From an uncultured Gammaproteobacteria bacterium (GTDB lineage Bacteria; Pseudomonadota; Gammaproteobacteria; DRLM01), in contig CAVSNY010000006.1 of assembly GCA_963729605.1 (NCBI GenBank), positions 160,001 through 224,000 of the forward strand: DNA of 64,000 bases, in the 5' to 3' direction. A program made the translations under genes and the position numbers. The first letter of the stretch is position 1, and each line of letters begins with the position of its first letter. A model generated the notes under the pieces. It made no database searches and was not told the origin of the DNA. It was given only the letters and a program-made list of their open reading frames with translations. This document shows, one piece after another, positions 33,036-44,600 of this stretch.

Positions 33036-34349
33036 TCAGTCGTTGCTTGTTGGTTTGTCTTGAACGACCGCCTTCCTTTTGGTCCGACGAGCACGACGCT
33101 TTTTTCCTGTCTTTTCTTCCGAGCGGACCCGACTCAGGCGCCCATTCTCATCCAAGGCCTGAAACTCTGTCCACCACCGGGATAATTCCCCCACGTCATC
33201 TCCGGCTTCCGCGCGCAACAGCAGAAAATCATAGGCGGCACGGAAACGCGGATGTTCCAATAACTTGACCGGCCGTAAGCCGGTGATCTTCTTCAACCTG
33301 GGCTGCATCGCCCAGATCTCCCGCATGGGAAGACTGAAGCGTTTCGGCAACGAAATGCGGGCCAGCTGACCGTCCACCACATCCCTGGCGACCTCCTGCA
33401 AGGCCTGCAACTCCCCTTCGCCGGCGACTTCGCGCTGCGCCAGCGCCTGCCGCACCGGTTCCCACAACAAGGCCGCGTATAAAAAGGCCGGCGTCACCGA
33501 CTTGCCCTCGGCGATGCGCTGATCGGTGTTGGCCAGCGCGCGCACCACCAGGGTCTTGGGAAAACCGTGTTCTTCCTGGGCGAGGCAGGCCTCGGTCTGC
33601 GGAAATAAATAACCGAACAGGCCGTAGCGGCGCAGTTGCTCGAAGGTCGCCACACCGTTGCCGGTCTGCAAGAGTTTGAGACTCTCGTCGAACAGGCGGG
33701 CGGCGGGGATCTCCTCCAGCAAATGACCGTGGGCGCGGATGGCCGCCTCGGTGTCGCGGTGGATGCGGAAGCCCAGCCGGGCGGCGAAACGCACCGCGCG
33801 CAGCATGCGGACCGGGTCTTCGCGGAAACGCTGCTCCGGGTCGCCGATCATGCGCAACACGCCGGCCCGCAAATCCTTCATCCCATCGACGAAGTCCACC
33901 ACCGAGAAGTCCTCGATGTTGTAATAGAGGGCGTTGATGGTGAAGTCGCGCCGCCAGGCGTCTTGCTCGACGGTGCCGTAGACGTTGTCGCGCAGGATGC
34001 GGCCGGTCTCGGTGCGGGCCTCGTCCTCGCTGTCGCCGTCGCCCTGGCCGCGGAAGGTCGCCACCTCGATGACGTCGCGCTCGAAGCGCACATGGGCGAG
34101 GCGGAAGCGCCGGCCGATCAGCAGGCAATTGCGGAAGAGCTTCTTCACCTCCTCCGGCAGGGCGTTGGTGGCGATGTCGAAATCCTTGGGCTCGCGGCCG
34201 AGCAACAGGTCGCGCACGCCGCCGCCCACCAGATAGGCGTCGAAGCCGGCACCCTTCAACCGGTACAACACCTTCAAGGCGTTGGGGTTGATGTTGGACC
34301 GCGAGATCGCGTGCTCCGAGCGGGGTATGATGCGTGACCGTGTGTTAAT
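33036..34349 (-). CDS. pcnB: poly(A) polymerase I; probable ATT start at 34349
   Basis: VGGGVRD, KDFDIAT, GRRFRLAHV, RRDFTIN, EDPVRMLR, FRAAYDF; conserved IIPRSEHAISR lies upstream of the TTG called by the ORF track. Confidence 0.93.
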   Translation of the reverse strand: MNTRSRIIPRSEHAISRSNINPNALKVLYRLKGAGFDAYLVGGGVRDLLLGREPKDFDIATNALPEEVKKLFRNCLLIGRRFRLAHVRFERDVIEVATFRGQGDGDSEDEARTETGRILRDNVYGTVEQDAWRRDFTINALYYNIEDFSVVDFVDGMKDLRAGVLRMIGDPEQRFREDPVRMLRAVRFAARLGFRIHRDTEAAIRAHGHLLEEIPAARLFDESLKLLQTGNGVATFEQLRRYGLFGYLFPQTEACLAQEEHGFPKTLVVRALANTDQRIAEGKSVTPAFLYAALLWEPVRQALAQREVAGEGELQALQEVARDVVDGQLARISLPKRFSLPMREIWAMQPRLKKITGLRPVKLLEHPRFRAAYDFLLLRAEAGDDVGELSRWWTEFQALDENGRLSRVRSEEKTGKKRRARRTKRKAVVQDKPTSND

Positions 34350-34456
34350 GATGACCTTCCCAGGCGCGATGGCTAACTGCTTCTTTTCAAGAACTTGTGT
34401 AGTTTGTGACGCCGCGTATAATATCCGCTTTTCGCGCTCAGCCGCAACGCATCATC

Positions 34457-34532
34457 GCTCCCTTCGTCTAGTGGCCTAGGACATCGCCCTCTCACGGCGA
34501 GAACAGGGGTTCGAGTCCCCTAGGGAGCGCCA
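34457..34532 (+). tRNA. tRNA-Glu (anticodon CTC)
   Basis: 76 nt; acceptor GCTCCCT/AGGGAGC, anticodon arm TCGCC-CTCTCAC-GGCGA, GGTTCGAGTCC, encoded CCA; TATAAT at 34417. Confidence 0.95.
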
Positions 34533-34712
34533 TTTTCAGCCGCCAGCCCACCCATTCCGCGGCCGGGCCGGGCATGACCCGGATCGTCGCGGACCGATCG
34601 ACCCCGGGGAATCGCTTCCAATAAAACCCTCGGCCGCCGGTTTAATAAACCTCCCCGGCGCCGATAGCCTCATCAGGCATCCCGTCCAACCCGCATTCCG
34701 CGAGGTGAGGCC

Positions 34713-34952
34713 ATGAAAATCGACTCCGCCATGAACAGCGCGCTCCTCGGCATTCAGAAAGGACTCGGCGGCATGGAGCGCAACGCCGCCCAGGTGGCGA
34801 GCGCCGGGACATCCAACGGCGGCGACCCGGCGACGGATCTCACTCAAGCCATGGTGGAGCTGCAAAGCAACCGCCTGCAAGTCGAAGCGGCGGCCAAGGT
34901 CATGAAGGCCGCGGACGAAACCCTGGGCAGCATCATCGACATCCTCGCCTAG
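34713..34952 (+). CDS. small protein resembling the terminal helices of flagellar rod/hook proteins
   Basis: GAGG RBS; SAL.GI..G...M...A..VAS N-terminus and DL..AMVEL......VEAAAKVM...DETLG..IDI C-terminus. Confidence 0.65.
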   Translation: MKIDSAMNSALLGIQKGLGGMERNAAQVASAGTSNGGDPATDLTQAMVELQSNRLQVEAAAKVMKAADETLGSIIDILA

Positions 34953-34963
34953 CTGCACCGTTT

Positions 34964-36256
34964 TCACAACGCCGCGGCGCGGCGGCGCCCCTCCTCCTCA
35001 TCGACGAAATACAACACCGCCGCCCCCACCACGAACAACCCCACCACCGCCCACAAAGACGCGCGCGGACTGCCCGTGAGCATACCCACCGCGCCCATTA
35101 GCGCCGGGCCCAGCACCGCGGCGAATTTGCCGAGCATATTGTAGAACCCGAAAAACTCCGCGGCCTTGTCCGCCGGAATCAGCCGCGCGTACAAGGACCG
35201 ACTGAGCGATTGCACCCCGCCCTGCACCAGACCGATCACCGCCGCCAGGATGTAGAATTCGTACACCTGCTCCATCCTCATCGCCCACAGCGTCACCGCG
35301 ATATACACGCCGATGGCGATGAACAAGCCGCTCTTGGCGCCGAAACGCTCGCCCAACTTGCCGAACACCAGCGCCGCCGGGAAGCCCACGAACTGCGTAA
35401 TCAGCAAGGCCACGATCAAACTCTCGGCCTTGAAGCCCAGCGACAAACCATAATCCACCGCCATGCGGATGATGGTGTCCACCGCGTCGATGTAACACCA
35501 ATACGCGATCAGGAAAGTGAGCACCACCCGCAATTGGCGGATTTCATGAAAAGTGGCTTTCAACTGCCGCAGACCGCCGACCACCCACTGCGCGACAGGC
35601 CGCGTTTCGGCCCCGCGCGGCTCGTGCACGAACAACATCACCGGAATGCAAAACAGCGCCCACCACAGCGCCACCATCACGAACGACACCTGCACGGCCT
35701 GCGCGGCATCGGCCAGGCCGAAACTCTGCGGCCATAAGGTCATCGCCACGTTGAGCGCGAACAGCAAACCGCCGCCGAGATAACCGAACGAATAACCTAC
35801 CGCCGACACCACGTCGTATTTCTCCTTGCGCGCCACCGACACCAGTAAGGCGTCGTAAAACACATTGCCGCCGGAAAAACCGATGGAGGCCAGCACGTAG
35901 AGCAGCACCGCCCACTGCCAGGCGCCCTGCTCCACGAAATACAACCCGCCGGTCATCACCACCCCCATGGCGGTGAAGAACAGCAAAAACTTTTTCTTGG
36001 CGCCGCCCTGATCGGCGATGGCGCCCAACACCGGCGCCAAGGCCACTATCACCAGGCTGCCGAAGGAATTGGCCACCCCCAGGCGCAAGGTGCTCTCCGC
36101 CACATCCGCGCCGGCACTCCAATAATTTTTGAAGAAGATCGGAAAGAACCCCGCCATCACCGTGGTGGCGAAGGCGGAATTGGCCCAGTCGTAAAAGGCC
36201 CAGGAAATGACTTTCTTTTTGTTTTCCACGCCGCGAAGGCCTCTGTAAAAAACCAT
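34964..36256 (-). CDS. MFS transporter, UMF1/Atg22-like family
   Basis: SWAFYDWANSAF, NVFYDALL, QSLSRSLYARLIP, EFFGFY; about 12 hydrophobic segments. Confidence 0.9.
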   Translation of the reverse strand: MVFYRGLRGVENKKKVISWAFYDWANSAFATTVMAGFFPIFFKNYWSAGADVAESTLRLGVANSFGSLVIVALAPVLGAIADQGGAKKKFLLFFTAMGVVMTGGLYFVEQGAWQWAVLLYVLASIGFSGGNVFYDALLVSVARKEKYDVVSAVGYSFGYLGGGLLFALNVAMTLWPQSFGLADAAQAVQVSFVMVALWWALFCIPVMLFVHEPRGAETRPVAQWVVGGLRQLKATFHEIRQLRVVLTFLIAYWCYIDAVDTIIRMAVDYGLSLGFKAESLIVALLITQFVGFPAALVFGKLGERFGAKSGLFIAIGVYIAVTLWAMRMEQVYEFYILAAVIGLVQGGVQSLSRSLYARLIPADKAAEFFGFYNMLGKFAAVLGPALMGAVGMLTGSPRASLWAVVGLFVVGAAVLYFVDEEEGRRRAAAL

Positions 36257-36651
36257 GAATCACCCAGTGCGCCAAGATAACGCAGACTCGATGAAAAGAA
36301 AAAATTTAATGTCCCCGCGGTTTATCAAATCAGCGGTTGAAGTGGTGATTCACCGGCTGAAATATACCCCTCCCCTTTTCGGGGGCGACAACGTCTCCGA
36401 AGAAGGCTGGACGGGTGGATGAGGATCGAAAGCGGCGAATGCCCAAACCCGTCAGCCGCATCTCAAGCTTCTGCCGCAAGGGGGAAGGACTATCGATGTC
36501 TCTTTATTGGAGCCCCTCTCATAATGAATCACCGCGCTATTTTAAATAGGGCGTTCGTCCCTGCCGGAAGCGGGGGAGTTCTTGATATAGGTTCTAGCTG
36601 CCGAGTTAATAATGATGCGAAACAATCAACGCGCCCTTTGCACTTCCTGTC

Positions 36652-37899
36652 TCAAGTGACGCGCCCATCCCCCCACCGCGCATCGAACACCCGCCGCGTC
36701 TCGAACACCCTTGGAGCAAAACGCCGTCCGTCCGCCGTGAGCCGCCGCTTCAACACCCAATCGAACAACAGCGGGTGATGCCGGCGCAGTTCCGACAGCC
36801 ATACCGCCTCGGCCTCGTCGATAAACCCATCGCGCGCCAAGCCGCGCAGCGAAAACAGCGGCAAAACTCCCGGCAAAGGATAATCCGAACCATTGACCAG
36901 GCGGTCATGCCAATCGTCGCGCCGCAATAAGGTACGCAGATAAGGCCCGGCCCGATTGATTTGGGTGATGGCGGAGATGTCGCCGAACAGCCGGCCCTGA
37001 TAAGCCTCCTCGTCCATCAAACGCGCGAACAAGGTGAAATTTTCCACCCGCGGCCCGTCCGGCCCGCGATCCAGATCCACACTCGCACCCATCGTCGCGC
37101 AATGCCCGACGATCACCCGCACCCCCCGCTCCAAGGCACGGCGCAGCCGCAGGGGATTGCCGAGTCCTTGGTCGGTGCCGCCATGTACCGCGGATTCATC
37201 GCCGCCATGACTCAACAACGGCAGGTCATGACGTGCCAGCGCGGAGTAAAAACGATCGCAAGCAGGCGACGCCGGATCCATGCCCATCACCGGCGGCAGC
37301 CACTTCACGGCGCGCGCGCCGTGTTGCACCGCCCAATCCAGCGCCTCGACACTATCGGCGCGATAGGGATGCACCGACGCGATCCACTCGAAGCGCTCGG
37401 GAAACGCCGCCGCCACCGAGGCCGCATAGGCGTCGGGCACGTGAAACGCGCTCATATCCTCCCTGCGCCGGCCCGCCTCGTCATAACGATAATCAAAGGC
37501 CAGCAACATGAGCTTCACACCCGCCGGCAAACCCTCGCACAAGGCGCGCAACCGGCTCAAAAACGCGGCGTCCACCGCCCCGTCGTCCGTGACGCACGAG
37601 GCGTTGAGATAAAATCGGAATTGCGCCGATTGCACGGGATGCCACGGGCTGCGCATATCCGGATTCACCCACGCGCCGCTGCCCTGATCGCCCACCCCGA
37701 GCAAATGCGCGTGCATGTCCCAGCAAGCGGCGGGGTCCACATCTTCCCACGCCGCGCGTAATAACGGATGTTGCGCCAAGTGCGGCGGCAACACCGTCGC
37801 GGGACAGGGATTCCACAAACCATCGTCCGGCCACCAGCGGACACAGCCCGTACTCAGCGCACTCAATCCCAACACACCGAGAAAGGCGCGGCGCTTCAT
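36652..37899 (-). CDS. amidohydrolase-family protein with Tat/lipoprotein signal
   Basis: MKRRAFLG..STGC; DMHAH, SVHPY, KWLP, SHGG, GHCA, NGSDYP. Confidence 0.8.
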   Translation of the reverse strand: MKRRAFLGVLGLSALSTGCVRWWPDDGLWNPCPATVLPPHLAQHPLLRAAWEDVDPAACWDMHAHLLGVGDQGSGAWVNPDMRSPWHPVQSAQFRFYLNASCVTDDGAVDAAFLSRLRALCEGLPAGVKLMLLAFDYRYDEAGRRREDMSAFHVPDAYAASVAAAFPERFEWIASVHPYRADSVEALDWAVQHGARAVKWLPPVMGMDPASPACDRFYSALARHDLPLLSHGGDESAVHGGTDQGLGNPLRLRRALERGVRVIVGHCATMGASVDLDRGPDGPRVENFTLFARLMDEEAYQGRLFGDISAITQINRAGPYLRTLLRRDDWHDRLVNGSDYPLPGVLPLFSLRGLARDGFIDEAEAVWLSELRRHHPLLFDWVLKRRLTADGRRFAPRVFETRRVFDARWGDGRVT

Positions 37900-38255
37900 T
37901 GCGGACTTCCTTCCTGATGATTCAATCTTCGCGCCGCGAGCAGGCGCACCCGCCGCGAAAATGACCTGCACTGCGCGCCGTAGATGCGCGCCGGCAACAC
38001 GCCGCTGAAGCGGTCCGCCACCAATCCCGGCTTCTGATATGCCTTCATCAAGACGGCGGTCGGCGTGGCCAGGAGGTTCACGGAAAATCTCAAACGGTTG
38101 GGAATAAAGGCATAGAGCAATAAGGCATCGAGATAAGAGTGATTGGCTACGATCAACACCCATTCATCCGCCGAGTGGCAATGCTCCAAACCGCGCAACT
38201 CGACGCCGTACAGGCTCATCAGACACCAACGCACCATAGCTTTGATAAAAGTCAC
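37896..38255 (-). pseudogene. truncated and internally deleted Aas/PlsC-like acyltransferase fragment
   Basis: VLIVANHSYLD (NH-x3-D), LMKAYQKPGLVA, RIYGAQ..FSR resemble the Aas N-domain; FPEG region and acyl-ACP synthetase domain absent. Confidence 0.5.
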
Positions 38256-38516
38256 CGCGCTTGTTCCCTCTACGCAATCAATCTATCCGGGTTAAATAGC
38301 GAGCCGCGCAGCGCGGCCTAGAATAAATATTACCCCGCATTGCGGTCCGATACCCTGTTGGCCGCCGAGCAATACAATATCCCAAAAGAGCCGACCCTAC
38401 GGCTGATCTTTGATCTCCGCGGGCGGGATACGAGGCTCTTGATTCCATAGATCAGCGCGCTGATACTGATGAGCAATCGACGGTGGGCTATTCGTAACCG
38501 ACTAGGAGTTCATCCC

Positions 38517-38690
38517 ATGTTTAACTTCCTGGGTACCTGGTTTTGGCTGGGCATGGCCTTATGGGTGTCCGGGGGACTTGGTCCCACCACCTGGATGTGG
38601 ATGGTGTTCGCGCCCGCCTTCGGCTACTTCATCTGGGGCATACTGCGGACGGTCTGGTGGTTAATCAATCCACCGACTTCTCACCATTGA
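38517..38690 (+). CDS. 57-aa Trp-rich small membrane protein
   Basis: AGGAG RBS before ATG; two hydrophobic segments. Confidence 0.5.
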   Translation: MFNFLGTWFWLGMALWVSGGLGPTTWMWMVFAPAFGYFIWGILRTVWWLINPPTSHH

Positions 38691-41600
38691 TCATGCCGTC
38701 AGTGTGATTGGCGTATTGGTTGGAATCTGCTGTGATCACTGTCCGGATGAGCGGGCGCAACCGCCCGTGCCTTTTCCGCCGCCTGTCCCGATCATGTTTC
38801 AATCCTCGCCCGCTCGGATGAGCGGGCGCAACCGCATTCGCCGCCCGCCTGGCGCAGCGGCAGGCGGTTTCAATCCTCGCCCGCTCGGATGAGCGGGCGC
38901 AACACGGCTTCATAAAGCGAAGTGGCGGCATGGTATCGTTTCAATCCTCGCCCGCTCGGATGAGCGGGCGCAACAAACACGCTGGTTGCCCCCGGCGGGG
39001 CCATTAACTGTTTCAATCCTCGCCCGCTCGGATGAGCGGGCGCAACCTGGGCTCGAGTTGCGCGATGCGATCGGCTACGGTTTCAATCCTCGCCCGCTCG
39101 GATGAGCGGGCGCAACTGGGCTCGAGTTGCGCGATGCGATCGGCTACGCGTTTCAATCCTCGCCCGCTCGGATGAGCGGGCGCAACAACGCATCGCCAGC
39201 AATTACAAACCGCTGAGCGATGTTTCAATCCTCGCCCGCTCGGATGAGCGGGCGCAACTCAGCAACCCACTCATAATCGCATCTACAGCATAGTTTCAAT
39301 CCTCGCCCGCTCGGATGAGCGGGCGCAACCGGCCGCGTGGCGGATCTATGCACCCTGCGCATCGTTTCAATCCTCGCCCGCTCGGATGAGCGGGCGCAAC
39401 CGTAAGCGTATGGGTTTGCGCAAGTACAACGCCGGGTTTCAATCCTCGCCCGCTCGGATGAGCGGGCGCAACACGGCAGCACCTACGAGGTGCGGGTGCG
39501 CGCGGTGTTTCAATCCTCGCCCGCTCGGATGAGCGGGCGCAACACCGCCGCCATCACCGCGCATGAGCTCTCGCCCGAGTTTCAATCCTCGCCCGCTCGG
39601 ATGAGCGGGCGCAACCTGCGCGGCGAATGGGGTTTGATGGCGGATGCGAAGTTTCAATCCTCGCCCGCTCGGATGAGCGGGCGCAACGGTTTTCATCTTT
39701 GCGGGCGGCGTCTGCGGGTATGTTTCAATCCTCGCCCGCTCGGATGAGCGGGCGCAACCATGGAAGAAGTGTAATGACTTCACTTTACGTTTTGGTTTCA
39801 ATCCTCGCCCGCTCGGATGAGCGGGCGCAACGCGTGTCCGTGCTGCACGCCGAATTGGTAAGCGAGGTTTCAATCCTCGCCCGCTCGGATGAGCGGGCGC
39901 AACCCGGCGCGCCGCCGGCGCCCAATGCCTTCGCGTAGTTTCAATCCTCGCCCGCTCGGATGAGCGGGCGCAACGGCGGCCGGTGGAGATTAAGCCGGAG
40001 GTGATGGAGTTTCAATCCTCGCCCGCTCGGATGAGCGGGCGCAACGTCTGGTGGTTGTGGTGCTGGATGTTGTAGTTCTCGTTTCAATCCTCGCCCGCTC
40101 GGATGAGCGGGCGCAACGTGCTGGCCGTGACCGCCACGCCGGCCGCGTTGGGGTTTCAATCCTCGCCCGCTCGGATGAGCGGGCGCAACTTAATCTGCCC
40201 CTCTTCGCGCACCTCGCCAGCGCAGTTTCAATCCTCGCCCGCTCGGATGAGCGGGCGCAACGTTTGGCGGACGTCATTTTGTCTATTTTTTGTACAGTTT
40301 CAATCCTCGCCCGCTCGGATGAGCGGGCGCAACGCGCGTCCCTTCACGCCTCCGCGTGGAGACGCAGGTTTCAATCCTCGCCCGCTCGGATGAGCGGGCG
40401 CAACGCGCATCGAGCCGCCGCGCAACGCATCGGCAGAAGTTTCAATCCTCGCCCGCTCGGATGAGCGGGCGCAACCAAGAAGCAAACACAACCCGAGCAG
40501 GCGCCGCAAGTTTCAATCCTCGCCCGCTCGGATGAGCGGGCGCAACGGTTGAGGGAGTGGTGCGATTACAACCTCTTCACGTTTCAATCCTCGCCCGCTC
40601 GGATGAGCGGGCGCAACGAGGTTTCAATACGTCGCCGTCCCTGAATATCAGGTTTCAATCCTCGCCCGCTCGGATGAGCGGGCGCAACCGCTTTATCAAC
40701 TCAACAGGAGGTTTCGTCATGCGTTTCAATCCTCGCCCGCTCGGATGAGCGGGCGCAACAACGAATCAAGCCGGCAAAAAGATTTTATTGACAGTTTCAA
40801 TCCTCGCCCGCTCGGATGAGCGGGCGCAACCGAGAACGGCAATAAACAGGAGCGTGTGAGATGGCGTTTCAATCCTCGCCCGCTCGGATGAGCGGGCGCA
40901 ACTCTGATGGTTGTGGTGCTGGATGTTGTAGTTTTCGTTTCAATCCTCGCCCGCTCGGATGAGCGGGCGCAACCCTGAGGCTGGCGCCAAGGCCATCGCC
41001 GAGGCGAGGTTTCAATCCTCGCCCGCTCGGATGAGCGGGCGCAACGTGAGGATGCCGGCGGGCTCTTCCTCGCGCATCTTGTTTCAATCCTCGCCCGCTC
41101 GGATGAGCGGGCGCAACGGTCGAATACCCGGAGGTGCCGTCCGACATAGCCGTTTCAATCCTCGCCCGCTCGGATGAGCGGGCGCAACCACCCAATCGCC
41201 ATCAAAGTCACGGGGCCTAATGGTTTCAATCCTCGCCCGCTCGGATGAGCGGGCGCAACCGTGCAATCGACCTGACACTGAGCCCGGATGGGATGTTTCA
41301 ATCCTCGCCCGCTCGGATGAGCGGGCGCAACCTGCATACGGCTTTGTGCATGCCCTGGATGCGCCGGTTTCAATCCTCGCCCGCTCGGATGAGCGGGCGC
41401 AACGCGGGGCGCTCGCCGGTACCAGGCCGTTGACGAGGTTTCAATCCTCGCCCGCTCGGATGAGCGGGCGCAACGCCAAAAGAAGCGCCACGCACGTGGG
41501 CTATTGCCTGTTTCAATCCTCGCCCGCTCGGATGAGCGGGCGCAACTGCAGATTATATGCAACGTGCCCGCGATGAGCTAGTTTCAATCCTCGCCCGCTC

Positions 41601-44600
41601 GGATGAGCGGGCGCAACGGTATCTAGTAAAGGGGAGTAAAAATGAACATCGGTTTCAATCCTCGCCCGCTCGGATGAGCGGGCGCAACCTCATCTGGAGT
41701 TAACTATAGTAACAGTCTGTGACGTTTCAATCCTCGCCCGCTCGGATGAGCGGGCGCAACAGCTCTTTAGCGCCTGCCCCCTCTTCCCTGGCCTTGGGTT
41801 TCAATCCTCGCCCGCTCGGATGAGCGGGCGCAACCGCCCGCGAGGATTTATTAATTGAGCTATGCGGTGTTTCAATCCTCGCCCGCTCGGATGAGCGGGC
41901 GCAACCGCTTACGCTAATTTGCAAAGCGAGGGTTACAACGTTTCAATCCTCGCCCGCTCGGATGAGCGGGCGCAACACGTTTGAGCGCTCATTCGGCGTC
42001 GAGTGCCACGGTTTCAATCCTCGCCCGCTCGGATGAGCGGGCGCAACCGCCTGAGGCGACACCATCCGCAAATATTACGCTGTTTCAATCCTCGCCCGCT
42101 CGGATGAGCGGGCGCAACATCTCCGTAGGCTACGAGTGCAATCGGGGCTCCCGTTTCAATCCTCGCCCGCTCGGATGAGCGGGCGCAACCAGGATGTAAT
42201 AGCAATGACCCATGACCGCAGCGTTTCAATCCTCGCCCGCTCGGATGAGCGGGCGCAACTAGGGAATCCGTTCTCATCGCGACACTTAAAATTGTTTCAA
42301 TCCTCGCCCGCTCGGATGAGCGGGCGCAACAGCGAGTCCAGCCGCGTTAGTGACAGTGGAAAAAAGTTTCAATCCTCGCCCGCTCGGATGAGCGGGCGCA
42401 ACAGTAGATCGTCGGTGCCGTAGCAGTTGTGGCCTTGTTTCAATCCTCGCCCGCTCGGATGAGCGGGCGCAACCCGGTCTCTTTGGAGCTTCCTGACGAC
42501 TATGCCCGAGTTTCAATCCTCGCCCGCTCGGATGAGCGGGCGCAACCGTCGGGGTGGTGGTGATCGTGGGGACTCCGTCAGTTTCAATCCTCGCCCGCTC
42601 GGATGAGCGGGCGCAACAGCCGATTGCTTTTCGTTCATCGAAACAACTCCTAAGTTTCAATCCTCGCCCGCTCGGATGAGCGGGCGCAACCCGCACTGTC
42701 CCGCGCTCAAAGTCGTAATACATCCCGTTTCAATCCTCGCCCGCTCGGATGAGCGGGCGCAACCCGGGGATGTTGCAGGGAATCAGCGGCGAGCCGGTGT
42801 TTCAATCCTCGCCCGCTCGGATGAGCGGGCGCAACGCTCCACTCGCCGACGATGTTGTCCACGTCAAAGGTGTTTCAATCCTCGCCCGCTCGGATGAGCG
42901 GGCGCAACGATGCGGATTTGCTGGATAGCCGCAACAGCGCCGTGTTTCAATCCTCGCCCGCTCGGATGAGCGGGCGCAACGTGATAGGCAAAGTGGACAG
43001 ATCAACCAACGTTTTGTTTCAATCCTCGCCCGCTCGGATGAGCGGGCGCAACCGGGCGGAGCGCGGCCAATTTTGTGGGGCTGTGCTGGTTTCAATCCTC
43101 GCCCGCTCGGATGAGCGGGCGCAACGCTAGACAAAATTGAGTTACTAGCCGAGGTTAGAGTTTCAATCCTCGCCCGCTCGGATGAGCGGGCGCAACAACG
43201 GGCTGCGCTCGCACTGGGACGCGCTGCCCGTGTTTCAATCCTCGCCCGCTCGGATGAGCGGGCGCAACCCGCGCGCGCAGTCCATCGGCGCCTTCCGCCT
43301 GCAGTTTCAATCCTCGCCCGCTCGGATGAGCGGGCGCAACTAACTTGGCGTCGAGCACCAGCCGGTTGAACAATGTTTCAATCCTCGCCCGCTCGGATGA
43401 GCGGGCGCAACCGCCGGTGCTGCTGGCCGGCGAGGATGTGCCGGTGTTTCAATCCTCGCCCGCTCGGATGAGCGGGCGCAACCGTTCTCGTCAATCTCGT
43501 CGGCCAGATCCGCAATGTTTCAATCCTCGCCCGCTCGGATGAGCGGGCGCAACCGGCGGCAGACGCATATGATTGCGCTGGATGCCGAGTTTCAATCCTC
43601 GCCCGCTCGGATGAGCGGGCGCAACCGTATTCTCCGCCCGTATCTTTTCCAAGTCCTCCAGTTTCAATCCTCGCCCGCTCGGATGAGCGGGCGCAACGCA
43701 ATCGTGTTGCCGTGTTCCACACCCCAGCGCCGTTTCAATCCTCGCCCGCTCGGATGAGCGGGCGCAACAGGTACGTGTAGCCCTTGGCCTTTGCTTTGCC
43801 GATGTTTCAATCCTCGCCCGCTCGGATGAGCGGGCGCAACCACCGTGCCCTCCGTGGCGGTGTATATCGATCCTGTTTCAATCCTCGCCCGCTCGGATGA
43901 GCGGGCGCAACCAACACCCGCCCCGCTTCGGCGGGGCTATTTAACCGTTTCAATCCTCGCCCGCTCGGATGAGCGGGCGCAACGACGATTACGCGCTCGT
44001 TGATGATGATCGGCGCAGTTTCAATCCTCGCCCGCTCGGATGAGCGGGCGCAACACAATGCGGAAATGACAAATCAGACAGAGCACGAAGTTTCAATCCT
44101 CGCCCGCTCGGATGAGCGGGCGCAACGAGGGAGGACGGGCTAGGGGCAAAAGAACTGAATGTTTCAATCCTCGCCCGCTCGGATGAGCGGGCGCAACCGG
44201 ATGCGCTGGCGGGCGTGCGTGTGTGGGAGGGCGTTTCAATCCTCGCCCGCTCGGATGAGCGGGCGCAACCGCAGAGATCGCGCGCGCGGTAATAATCCGA
44301 GGTGTTTCAATCCTCGCCCGCTCGGATGAGCGGGCGCAACTATTGCCCCGTCGCGAGGTTCACGTCGATACCACCGTTTCAATCCTCGCCCGCTCGGATG
44401 AGCGGGCGCAACGGAATCGGTGCCATAGACCGATTCGATCTTGGCGAGTTTCAATCCTCGCCCGCTCGGATGAGCGGGCGCAACTACGTGTCTCAGCTCA
44501 ATTACACGGTGCTGGGCGAGGTTTCAATCCTCGCCCGCTCGGATGAGCGGGCGCAACCGATTGCGCAGGTGATCGACAACAATGTGCTGTTGTTTCAATC

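Noticed and set aside
40618-40651. Spacer containing GTTTCAATAC, resembling the repeat end (possible anti-repeat spacer)
   Set aside because: Only 8 contiguous matching nucleotides, and the reverse strand reads as ordinary coding sequence (LIFRDGDVLKP); likely chance.
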